Shown: in pieces, positions 47,262-55,797 of the stretch
How positions within the stretch are numbered: the stretch's first letter is position 1
Layout: each line of letters opens with the position of its first letter
Assembly: GCA_028695015.1 (NCBI GenBank)
Contig: JAQVJR010000001.1
Coordinates: forward strand, 100,422 to 164,421
DNA from: Minisyncoccota bacterium
GTDB lineage: Bacteria; Patescibacteriota; Minisyncoccia; UBA6257
Reading direction: 5' to 3'
DNA length: 64,000 bases
Translations under genes and position numbers: made by a program
Notes under the pieces: generated by a model
Databases searched by the model: none
What the model was told of the DNA's origin: nothing
Seen by the model: the letters and a program-made list of their open reading frames with translations, nothing else

Positions 47262-49562
47262 TTAATTCTCAATTAAATCCCATTGTTCTTCTTCTACTAA
47301 TTGAATAAATTCTTCTGCTGCTTCTTTAGCTGCTGGGTTTAATTCCACAGCTTTTTTAGCATATTCAATAGCTTTGCCTTTGTTTTGCATTTTAGCATAT
47401 GTGGCTGCCAAACCTCGATACAAAGAATCATCTTGAGGATCTAATTGAATGGCTCTTAAATAAAGATTTTCTATTACTGTATATTTCTTCTCTTGCGCTA
47501 ATAAGTTAATAATACTTACAATCATGCTTTTATCAGTAAAAGGATAATCTAATTCTGCTGCCTTAATTAAATTCTCATTGCGTTCTTCCATTTCTCCTAA
47601 TTCGTTATAGGCCACCCCTAAAAGATAATAAGAAGTATTAATCTTCGGATTAAGTTCTATGGTTTTTTCTGTTGTCTCTATTGATTTTTCAATTTCTCCA
47701 TTTATTAAGTAAAACTTAGAAGCAAATAAATATGCTTGTGGAAAATGAGGAAATCTAGAAAGGACTGTTTCTGCAGTGTGCTTTGCCTTGTCTAAATAAG
47801 AAGCATCCCATTGTAAATAAATTGTTTCTAAATCTCCTTTAGCAGTAATTAAACCAAAACGCCAAGGTTTATCTTCAACTGCTTGTTCTGCTTTTACAAC
47901 TAAAGCTTCTATTATTTCTTGTTTGTCTTCATTTTTTAACTTTGAACTATATGAGCTATATATTTTCTTAACCCCTATAATAATATCATCTAATAAGAAA
48001 GCTGGATTATATAATGCTTGTTTTAATTCTTGAGAAGCTAATTCTCCTTGTTCTTGATTGATATAAGAGCCTATTTTCATTATTTTTTTACTAACTAAAT
48101 AAGGTTTTATCACCCACTGAATAGTAGAATATGTTATTGCGCAAATAATAACAATGATAATCAAATAATTACCCATTTGCCCTGCATAATCTTTTTTTTC
48201 TATTTTTTCATTTTCATCTTGTTCATCATTCTTAGATAGACAAACATCCTCTTCATGTTTAGAAAGATTTCCTAAGACAGAAATCAATCCTAATAACAAG
48301 AAAAACATTAAATAGCTTTCATGAAAATCAAAGATAAAAACATTTTGAATAAAATAACTTACTAAACACCCAGCTAAAGCCAAACTAGGTAAAAACCATT
48401 GTTGTTTTTTCCTTAATTCATTTAAGAAATAAAGACCAATACCAAATATAGATAAATAAAACAAAATTCCAATAAAACCATTACAAGCTAAAACTTCCAT
48501 TGGTTTATTATGTGCCCGATCAAAATAAAAATCTTCAGGCAAATGTTTCATTACTTCTGGATTAAAATTCTCCACATAAGCAGCTTCGTAATTCTCTTGA
48601 CCCCAACCAAACAAAGGTTTTTGTAAAAAACTTTCCCAAGCCACTCCAGCTGAAAAAATACGAGACATTGCTGTTGGCGCACTAATAGAAATAGAAGCAA
48701 ATCTACTTAAAATTGAATTATTTTTTACAAAAGAAGTGTTTTTCCCTCCAAAAGTAATTAAAACCATTACTAAGATCAAAATCAAAAAACCAATAGATAT
48801 TTTTTTTAAAATCAATAAGCTCTTATCCTTAGAAAGGAAGATAATTGCCAAAGCAATTAAAACGATACTAACTAAATACCCTAACATTGCTCCTCTAGTT
48901 AAAGTAACAAAAATCAAAAAACTTTGAATTAAAAACGCACCTAACCACCAATTAAGTATTTTTTTATCAAAACTATATTCACGAAAATACAAATACAAGG
49001 CAAAAAAGGCATTAAAGATAAGATAAGCTGCAAAAAAAGAAGGATTGCCAGTATAACCCATTAAACGCTCCCCTCCTGGCTTTACTAAGATATAGCCCCA
49101 TTTTAAAAAAGGAATCAAAGCAAATAAAGAATAAACTAAACTAATCAACACCTGTCCCTTAATAATCTTTTCTAATTCTAAATAATCAAAGGTGGTTGCT
49201 ATTATTAAAAAGAAAGCTATAAAATACCAAATCCCTAAAATACCTTCCATTCTTTCATTACCAGAAAAAAAACTATAATAAAAATTAACTCCAAATAAAG
49301 CTGAAATAAATACAATCAAACCAAATATAACAACTGATTTACTTAAAAGGTTTAATTTAGAAAAAAAACTCTTTTCTCCTCTATTCTTACCAAACATCAA
49401 AAAAGACCAAATTATTAACATTATTCCTATAATAAACCGAAAAACAGTAGCTTTGCCTATGATATATGGAAAATAGGTATGCAAATCTACAACAAAAGGA
49501 GTTAATAAACATGCAAAAATTAAATAAAAAAGAATTTTCTTTAAATTTGTATTATTTATCAT
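47262..49562 (-). CDS. O-antigen ligase/Wzy_C-like membrane protein with C-terminal TPR repeats
   Basis: About 12 TM segments, GNPSFFA, TLTRGA, PLFGWGQENY, DRAHN; TPR-like C-terminus. Confidence 0.85.
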   Translation of the reverse strand: MINNTNLKKILFYLIFACLLTPFVVDLHTYFPYIIGKATVFRFIIGIMLIIWSFLMFGKNRGEKSFFSKLNLLSKSVVIFGLIVFISALFGVNFYYSFFSGNERMEGILGIWYFIAFFLIIATTFDYLELEKIIKGQVLISLVYSLFALIPFLKWGYILVKPGGERLMGYTGNPSFFAAYLIFNAFFALYLYFREYSFDKKILNWWLGAFLIQSFLIFVTLTRGAMLGYLVSIVLIALAIIFLSKDKSLLILKKISIGFLILILVMVLITFGGKNTSFVKNNSILSRFASISISAPTAMSRIFSAGVAWESFLQKPLFGWGQENYEAAYVENFNPEVMKHLPEDFYFDRAHNKPMEVLACNGFIGILFYLSIFGIGLYFLNELRKKQQWFLPSLALAGCLVSYFIQNVFIFDFHESYLMFFLLLGLISVLGNLSKHEEDVCLSKNDEQDENEKIEKKDYAGQMGNYLIIIVIICAITYSTIQWVIKPYLVSKKIMKIGSYINQEQGELASQELKQALYNPAFLLDDIIIGVKKIYSSYSSKLKNEDKQEIIEALVVKAEQAVEDKPWRFGLITAKGDLETIYLQWDASYLDKAKHTAETVLSRFPHFPQAYLFASKFYLINGEIEKSIETTEKTIELNPKINTSYYLLGVAYNELGEMEERNENLIKAAELDYPFTDKSMIVSIINLLAQEKKYTVIENLYLRAIQLDPQDDSLYRGLAATYAKMQNKGKAIEYAKKAVELNPAAKEAAEEFIQLVEEEQWDLIEN

Positions 49563-49574
49563 AAGTTTTTATTA

Positions 49575-51221
49575 TTATAAGCTTTTATTTACCATATTTC
49601 TTGTTATTGGTCCAAAATAACCAGTGGTATTAATTCCATTATAAGATTGATATCTTTTTACTGCCGCCAAAGTTAAAGGCCCATAATAACCAGTAATTAA
49701 TTTCTCTGGATAAACATCATTATCTAATCTAGCTAAAAACTGTTGTAAGCATTTTACTTGTTCTGCTCTCATGCCATAATACAAATCTTGAGAAAAAACA
49801 GAACAATAAAGATTTTCCTCATAAGCTTGTTGTCTTGCTAATTGTGTTTCTAAAACTGCTATTTCTTTTTTCAATTCCTCAATCCTTTTTAATAATCCTT
49901 GAATAATTACTTGTTCTTGTTCTTTAATCGATTCAATACTATTAATTTCCCAAGAATAATAATAGGTTTTATCTTGTTCTCCAGGCAAACCAATAAAAGG
50001 AATAAAATAAATTGCTCTGTTTTCACTGCCCATGCCTTTAATAATAACTTCTTGTATATTACTATTAGAAAAATCAAAAAAACCAAGGGTTTTTTTATTA
50101 TCTATGCTTTCTATGATATAAGGGATTTTTCTTATCGGAGTTTCTTTAGGAATAGTAAATTTTAATTTCATATCCCCTTGTCCACCATTAATTCTTTGTA
50201 AATTAGCGCTCCAGGGTTTAATTGAATTAGCAACTGCCAGTGAGCCTTTTTTCTGATCTGGCATATAATAAGAATAAGGAAAAATAGAATAATTTTTTAA
50301 AACAGGATTTTCATAACAATATTCTTTACCCAAAGAACAATCATTAACAATATTAGCTATTAACCAATTTAATAAAACTTGTTCAAAATCCAATTGATTT
50401 TTTTTAAAAACTTCTATAAAAGAAATTAATCCACTTTCTGAAGGATGTTCTAATACTTCTTTTATAATTTCATTGTTAAATTGTTCTTTTAAATACAAGC
50501 CAAGCAAATAAACCCTACCATAGTCCTTATCACTATTATTCCAATTAATTAAATTAATTTCTGTTGAATACAATAATCCTTGAGCTCTTTGTTGAATTAC
50601 TGCATTTAAATTAGGTTCAACTAATTGCCCAGCAAATTCAGATATAAATTCATAAAACCATGTTTCTGCTCCTAATTTCTGATTTAAACTAACTAAATGC
50701 ATAAATTCATGAGCTAACTGATAATTTAAGATTTCTATTGAAGGTTTTACAATCAAATCACTATTCAAGTAAATTATTTGCCCTTCATTTGAATAATTAG
50801 CTACCTCCTGAGAATCTTTATCTACAATCCTAACATAACCACCAAATGTATTTTTTAACGGCTCTAAAACCAAAACAAGACGAGAATCATTATCTATTCC
50901 AGGAATATCTTCATAACCAAAAAGATTAGTTAATAAAGGATAGGTTTTGTATTCAAAATTAGTAACTAAATTATAGATTTTGTTATTAAATTCTTGTTTT
51001 TCTATTAAATTCTCATACCATTGAGCATCTATATAAACATAGAATTGATTAGTAGTTTTTAATAATTGAGTCTCCATTTGATTTCTCCCATACAAATCAT
51101 AATCTGATTCTATAAAAAAACTCTCAAAGTTAGACCAAGCTGCCTGAGAAAAAGCAGGAATAAAAAATATTATTCCTACAAAAAATACAGATATAAACCT
51201 TTTTCTCTTTAAATTAAGCAT
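49575..51221 (-). CDS. Secreted putative zinc metallopeptidase with C-terminal peptidoglycan-binding domain
   Basis: Signal peptide, LAHEFMH (HExxH) followed by WFYE..SE, a coiled coil, and PG-binding motifs (TGYYGPLT.AAV..YQ, TGYFGPITR). Confidence 0.75.
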   Translation of the reverse strand: MLNLKRKRFISVFFVGIIFFIPAFSQAAWSNFESFFIESDYDLYGRNQMETQLLKTTNQFYVYIDAQWYENLIEKQEFNNKIYNLVTNFEYKTYPLLTNLFGYEDIPGIDNDSRLVLVLEPLKNTFGGYVRIVDKDSQEVANYSNEGQIIYLNSDLIVKPSIEILNYQLAHEFMHLVSLNQKLGAETWFYEFISEFAGQLVEPNLNAVIQQRAQGLLYSTEINLINWNNSDKDYGRVYLLGLYLKEQFNNEIIKEVLEHPSESGLISFIEVFKKNQLDFEQVLLNWLIANIVNDCSLGKEYCYENPVLKNYSIFPYSYYMPDQKKGSLAVANSIKPWSANLQRINGGQGDMKLKFTIPKETPIRKIPYIIESIDNKKTLGFFDFSNSNIQEVIIKGMGSENRAIYFIPFIGLPGEQDKTYYYSWEINSIESIKEQEQVIIQGLLKRIEELKKEIAVLETQLARQQAYEENLYCSVFSQDLYYGMRAEQVKCLQQFLARLDNDVYPEKLITGYYGPLTLAAVKRYQSYNGINTTGYFGPITRNMVNKSL

Positions 51222-51256
51222 AAAATATCATAACAAAAAAACTATTATTATTCAAA

Positions 51257-51286
51257 ACAAAAACCGCCCATTTGGGCGGTTTTTGT
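51257..51286 (-). terminator. Strong, potentially bidirectional intrinsic terminator after the surface-protein gene
   Basis: Perfect inverted repeat ACAAAAACCGCCCA/TGGGCGGTTTTTGT. Confidence 0.85.
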
Positions 51287-51337
51287 CATTCTCAAGTCTC
51301 TTATTAAGAACTTGGAATTAAACCTGCAAGGAAAAAG

Positions 51338-53263
51338 TTATTTATGAGACATATACTCTTGACCAGTAATAAATTCACTTAAATTACCAGTATATTCATT
51401 CGTAAGAGTATTCTCTGTTATGCCCCAATATATTTTCTTAGCTGCAACCTGATAAAGATCTCCAGCTGTTGTAGTTGTTATATCTATGAATGTAGTTAAC
51501 TCACAAACACCTGTATTTCCAGCTACTATTCTCCATGATCCATTTGTTTGTTTATCAGCACCTGCAGTACATGTAAATCCGTTAGTTACTGTATTAGGAC
51601 CTGTAACTGAAGGAGTAACATTGCTATCAGCATTGGTAGTTGTAGCAAGGTAAATATCTTCATTTCCTGCTGCTAATATATTAAAGACAATTTTAGCTGT
51701 ACCAAAGCTTCTAGGATCTTCTGTAGTTCCAGTTATAGAAAATGTAGGATCGCTTTTAAGAGTCACTACAGGACCTGACAAATAAATCATTTGTGCTCTT
51801 CCTACAACACTAGATCCGTCAGCTGAGGCAATATGGCTATTACCATCAATACCAGAAAATTCAGGACCTTCTGATATTTGCACTGAATCTCCTCCTTCAT
51901 AATCTTCCTCAAGCTGAGAAATAATAGCCTCTACTCTTAAGGTTTTTGTTGTATTTCCTGCTACAGATAAACTAAAGTTAGACCAAGTAACTGTACCAGT
52001 TGCATTAGGAGCAGCTGCTGCTAATAATGTATCACCATCTAAAAGCTCTACACTTACTATTCTCATGGTAGAAGTAGTAACCATAGTACTTGTTGCTTCT
52101 ATAGTACCACTATTAAAGGTAGCTGCTATATCAGAATTGTTTTTTAAATTAAATTTAAGAAGTTCAATTCTGGAAGTTGAGCTTTTGCTTCCTACTACAG
52201 TTTTTGTTTTAGGATTATCAACTGCAGCCGTAACAGTGAAACTAGCTTGTTTAGCATCGTTAATAGTTACTTGCTGAGAATCTATATCAGCTCCAGTCAC
52301 TGATGTATAAGTAACTTTGGCTGTATCACTAGAAACAACACCGTCTTTTAAGAGACTAAATGTAAATTGCTTACCAGACAAACTAGCACTAACACCAGGG
52401 ACCACTGTTGCTTTAACAGTTAAAACCTCTTTTGCATCTTTGGCTATTTTCCAATTTAATCCACTAATGTCAAATGTATAGACTTTAGCAAAAGTATTTT
52501 CAATAGCATTAGTTTGAGTTACTGGCAACTCAGCTAATTTTGTACTGCCATCCCAAACAGAGATAGAAGTAAATGCTTGCCAAGGAAATACGTTAGCAGT
52601 TGCACTAGTTGTTTTAACTGATACTTTTTTAATGGTCATATCAGAACCAGTAGCTTTATATTGACCAGCTATTAATTCGTATGTTTGACCACCATATACA
52701 GTAGTTACTGGATTAGATACTGGATAGCTAACAACACTTAAGCTTCCATAAGCTGGAGGAGCTTCATCCTCCTCAGGAGTTGTTGTAGGAGGAGTTACTG
52801 GTGAGCAGAAAAGAGCATTGAATTTAGCTCTAGTTGCAGGACCAGCAAAACCAGTTCCTTTAGCTAATCCACCAGGAGTTAAAACCTCAGAAGCATAGAG
52901 TTCTTGGAATTTAACAACTGCAGTTTTGGTCAAAGGACCAAAATAGGTTGTTTCTGCTCCAGCAGCTCCAGCTCCAGCAACAGCTACCTGAGTAGCAACA
53001 TTTTGGTTCAAACCCTGTTGAAGGATTTTTACTTCAGCACTTGTCATTCCTTGTGAAAGGTCGCTAGTAAGACAAAGTCCTGTAGCTACAGGTGCTGTTT
53101 GTCCTGCTAATTTGCTTTCCAAAGAAGCTATTAAAGCAACTAATTCAGCTATTCTTTCTTCAAGTGATGCAATTGTTACTTCTTCTTCAGCTCCAACTGC
53201 TGGTGCAATAACACCTGCAAGCAAAGCCGTAGCTAAGACAAATGCAATAATTTTTTTATTCAT
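51338..53263 (-). CDS. Secreted cell-surface (S-layer-like) protein with N-terminal peptidoglycan-binding domain
   Basis: Signal peptide, coiled coil, PG-binding motifs (YFGPLTKTAVVKFQ, GFAGPATR), Pro/Thr linker, Thr/Val/Ser-rich beta regions; has its own terminator. Confidence 0.75.
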   Translation of the reverse strand: MNKKIIAFVLATALLAGVIAPAVGAEEEVTIASLEERIAELVALIASLESKLAGQTAPVATGLCLTSDLSQGMTSAEVKILQQGLNQNVATQVAVAGAGAAGAETTYFGPLTKTAVVKFQELYASEVLTPGGLAKGTGFAGPATRAKFNALFCSPVTPPTTTPEEDEAPPAYGSLSVVSYPVSNPVTTVYGGQTYELIAGQYKATGSDMTIKKVSVKTTSATANVFPWQAFTSISVWDGSTKLAELPVTQTNAIENTFAKVYTFDISGLNWKIAKDAKEVLTVKATVVPGVSASLSGKQFTFSLLKDGVVSSDTAKVTYTSVTGADIDSQQVTINDAKQASFTVTAAVDNPKTKTVVGSKSSTSRIELLKFNLKNNSDIAATFNSGTIEATSTMVTTSTMRIVSVELLDGDTLLAAAAPNATGTVTWSNFSLSVAGNTTKTLRVEAIISQLEEDYEGGDSVQISEGPEFSGIDGNSHIASADGSSVVGRAQMIYLSGPVVTLKSDPTFSITGTTEDPRSFGTAKIVFNILAAGNEDIYLATTTNADSNVTPSVTGPNTVTNGFTCTAGADKQTNGSWRIVAGNTGVCELTTFIDITTTTAGDLYQVAAKKIYWGITENTLTNEYTGNLSEFITGQEYMSHK

Positions 53264-53315
53264 TGTTAATTTTTAATTTGATTAATTTTATGATTATTAC
53301 CGACCTATCATTTAA

Positions 53316-53350
53316 ATTAGTGAAGAGCGCTCTAAGATGCACTCACTAAT
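53316..53350 (-). promoter_or_regulatory. Stable hairpin upstream of the surface-protein gene
   Basis: ATTAGTGA...TCACTAAT outer pairing with an overlapping GAGTGC/GCGCTC inner pairing. Confidence 0.5.
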
Positions 53351-53365
53351 CTATGATAATAATCG

Positions 53366-54283
53366 TTATTCTTCCATTAGTTCTTCTAAGGGAATAATGG
53401 TAGAATTCTCATCCAAATTCTCTGGAGTTGAAGTTTCGACCTGAACATCCAGAGAAGGGATTGACAATAATTGTTTAATACTTTCTATCTTTTCTATGGC
53501 TAAGAAGCAATCTCCATCTTTAATAGATTTTTCAGCTGAGATTAATAATGTTTTTGCTTGGAGCATTTCATCAGCAGTCCATAAAAGATTTTCTTTATCT
53601 GTATCAGCTAAATATCCACTCAATTCAATTAAATGATTAGTTAAGAAACTAGGACATTTATTAATTTCATCTGTAGTTTGAATAATAAGAGCCAAAACTT
53701 GATTTTGAGTATTTTCCACAGTTTTATTTAATTCATCCTTATCTTCTTCTGTTAAAGCAATCTTTTCAGTTATTGTTTTTAAATCTTTACTTTTTTCTTG
53801 AATATTTTTAGAAACATCTAAAGCTACTTGTTTCTTATTTATCTTTTTTATTTCTTGAGGTACTAATTCTAAATCTTTATTAATGGTTTTTACTATTTCT
53901 TTAATTTCTTTTTCATGATTTTGGATTTTAGATAAATCTTCCATTCTGGCTTTAGCAATTTCTAAACGCACCATTGGTTTTGTTTGATCTGAAGATAAAT
54001 AAATTCTTGTATTTTGAGTTAATGTTTTAATAGGATATAAAATATTTCCAGGCAAAGATACCTGAGCCAATGAAAATGAACCAATCATAAACAATCCTAA
54101 TAAAACAGGAATAAAACTTCTATTTTTAATAAAAGAAAATGAAACCAATTTTACCCTTGGTCTTTCTAAGATATTATTAAATTTAATTTCTAAAAGATTA
54201 GATTTAAGCCAATTAACCCAATCATTATTGGGTTTTATTGTTTTAAATTCTTTAAGTTGTTGAATAAGATTTTTTTCATTCAT
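53366..54283 (-). CDS. DUF5667-like single-TM protein (putative anti-sigma or ECF partner)
   Basis: N-terminal LK.IKP, one TM segment, SLPGNILYPIK motif, helical C-terminus; follows the ECF sigma gene. Confidence 0.7.
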   Translation of the reverse strand: MNEKNLIQQLKEFKTIKPNNDWVNWLKSNLLEIKFNNILERPRVKLVSFSFIKNRSFIPVLLGLFMIGSFSLAQVSLPGNILYPIKTLTQNTRIYLSSDQTKPMVRLEIAKARMEDLSKIQNHEKEIKEIVKTINKDLELVPQEIKKINKKQVALDVSKNIQEKSKDLKTITEKIALTEEDKDELNKTVENTQNQVLALIIQTTDEINKCPSFLTNHLIELSGYLADTDKENLLWTADEMLQAKTLLISAEKSIKDGDCFLAIEKIESIKQLLSIPSLDVQVETSTPENLDENSTIIPLEELMEE

Positions 54284-54302
54284 AGTGCTCTCTACTACTG
54301 AA

Positions 54303-54328
54303 GACGCTAAAACATTAAAAGCGTTACA
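54303..54328 (-). promoter_or_regulatory. ECF-type promoter
   Basis: TGTAAC-16 nt-CGTC, matching the AAC/CGT pattern of ECF promoters; 19 nt upstream of the DUF5667-like gene start. Confidence 0.65.
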
Positions 54329-54332
54329 CTTG

Positions 54333-54845
54333 TTATTCTAATTCTTTTTTTAGAGATTCCATAGCCCGATGAAGAATAACTCTAACATTGCCTTCTTTTT
54401 TCTTTAATATTTGGGCAATTTCTTTATTAGGCATTTCATTCACATAACGCCAGATAATAATATCTGCATACAAAGGATTAATTTTTAACAAAGCTTTTTT
54501 AATTCTTTCCATTTCAAAGTTCAATTCTATTTTTTGAATAAAAGTTTGTTTAGCAATTTGAAAATCAGCTATTTCTCCCACATAATCCAAAGATAAAGGT
54601 TTTTTACTTTTTTCTCTGTAAAAATCAATTATTTGATTCCTAGCAATTTGAAACAGAAAAGCTTTTGGATTTAAAACTTTTTTAGATTGTTTTTCTTTTT
54701 GAATTGTTTGTCTTTGCCAGAATTTCAAAAAAACCAAGGAAGTTAAATCTTGGGCAGTTTCTGCTGTATCTACTCTTAAATAGATAAAACGAAAAACTCT
54801 CTGTATATTTTCATCATAAAATTCTGAAAATTGATTTCTATCCAT
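54333..54845 (-). CDS. ECF RNA polymerase sigma factor
   Basis: Region 2 (AQDLTS.VF, FLFQIARN..ID.YR) and region 4 (EIAQIL...GNVRV..HRA). Confidence 0.93.
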   Translation of the reverse strand: MDRNQFSEFYDENIQRVFRFIYLRVDTAETAQDLTSLVFLKFWQRQTIQKEKQSKKVLNPKAFLFQIARNQIIDFYREKSKKPLSLDYVGEIADFQIAKQTFIQKIELNFEMERIKKALLKINPLYADIIIWRYVNEMPNKEIAQILKKKEGNVRVILHRAMESLKKELE

Positions 54846-54849
54846 AATC

Positions 54850-55797
54850 TTATATTAATTTAACTATCGCTCGAGCTAGTTTATCTGGATCATGACGTAA
54901 AAAATGTCCTTTTCTTAATACTCTAGCAAAAATTACTTTTGGTTTTTTCCATTTTGATAATTCTTGACGATTGTATTTTACCATTTCCGCTCTTTCTTTC
55001 TTGTATTGTTTTAGATAATTACTTTTTGGTTTTTCAATATTAATTAGGAAGTAATCAACCACATTCTTACCAAGATACTTTTCTAATGTAACAAAAAAAT
55101 CCTTAGCTGTAAAATGATTAGTTTCTCCATACTTAGTCATTGTGTTGCAGATATAAAGCTTTTTAGCTTTTGATTTCTTAATTGCTTCTTTTACATTCTT
55201 AACTAGGAAATTAGGAATAATGCTTGTATAAAGATCTCCAGGACCAATAATAATCAAATCTGCTTGTTTTATCTCTTTTAAAGCATCTTTATTAGCCTTT
55301 GGTTGTGGGTTTAAAAAGATTTCTTTGATAAAAAGATTACCATCATGCTTAGGCACATCAATATTAGATTCACCAACAACTAAAAAACCATTTTCTAAAC
55401 GAGCAAAAAGCCGAGTACATTCTAAAGATACAGGAATAACCTTGCCTTTAATTCCTAAGATTTTAGCTGCTTCTTGAATAGCTAAATTAAAATCACCAGT
55501 AATTCTTTCCAAAGCTGTAAGAAAAAGATTACCAAAGCTATGTCCTTTTAACCCAGTGCCATTAACAAAACGATAATTAAACAAATTTGCTAAGATAGGG
55601 CTTTCTGAAGAAAGAGCCACTAAAGCTCTTCGTAAATCCCCTGGAGGCAAAATACCAAATTCTTCTTGTAAAATTCCTGAAGAGCCACCATCATCAGCTA
55701 TGGTCACAATGGCTGATAAATGCATGGGATATTTCTTAAGACCAGTCAACACAGTAAAAACCCCAGTACCCCCTCCAATCACAACTATTTTTTTCAT
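54850..55797 (-). CDS. YvcK/GlmR-like (CofD family) UDP-sugar-binding protein
   Basis: VVIGGGTG, DDGGSSG, PPGDLR, GHSFGNL, GPGDLYTSIIPN, RHDP.KL. Confidence 0.92.
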   Translation of the reverse strand: MKKIVVIGGGTGVFTVLTGLKKYPMHLSAIVTIADDGGSSGILQEEFGILPPGDLRRALVALSSESPILANLFNYRFVNGTGLKGHSFGNLFLTALERITGDFNLAIQEAAKILGIKGKVIPVSLECTRLFARLENGFLVVGESNIDVPKHDGNLFIKEIFLNPQPKANKDALKEIKQADLIIIGPGDLYTSIIPNFLVKNVKEAIKKSKAKKLYICNTMTKYGETNHFTAKDFFVTLEKYLGKNVVDYFLINIEKPKSNYLKQYKKERAEMVKYNRQELSKWKKPKVIFARVLRKGHFLRHDPDKLARAIVKLI

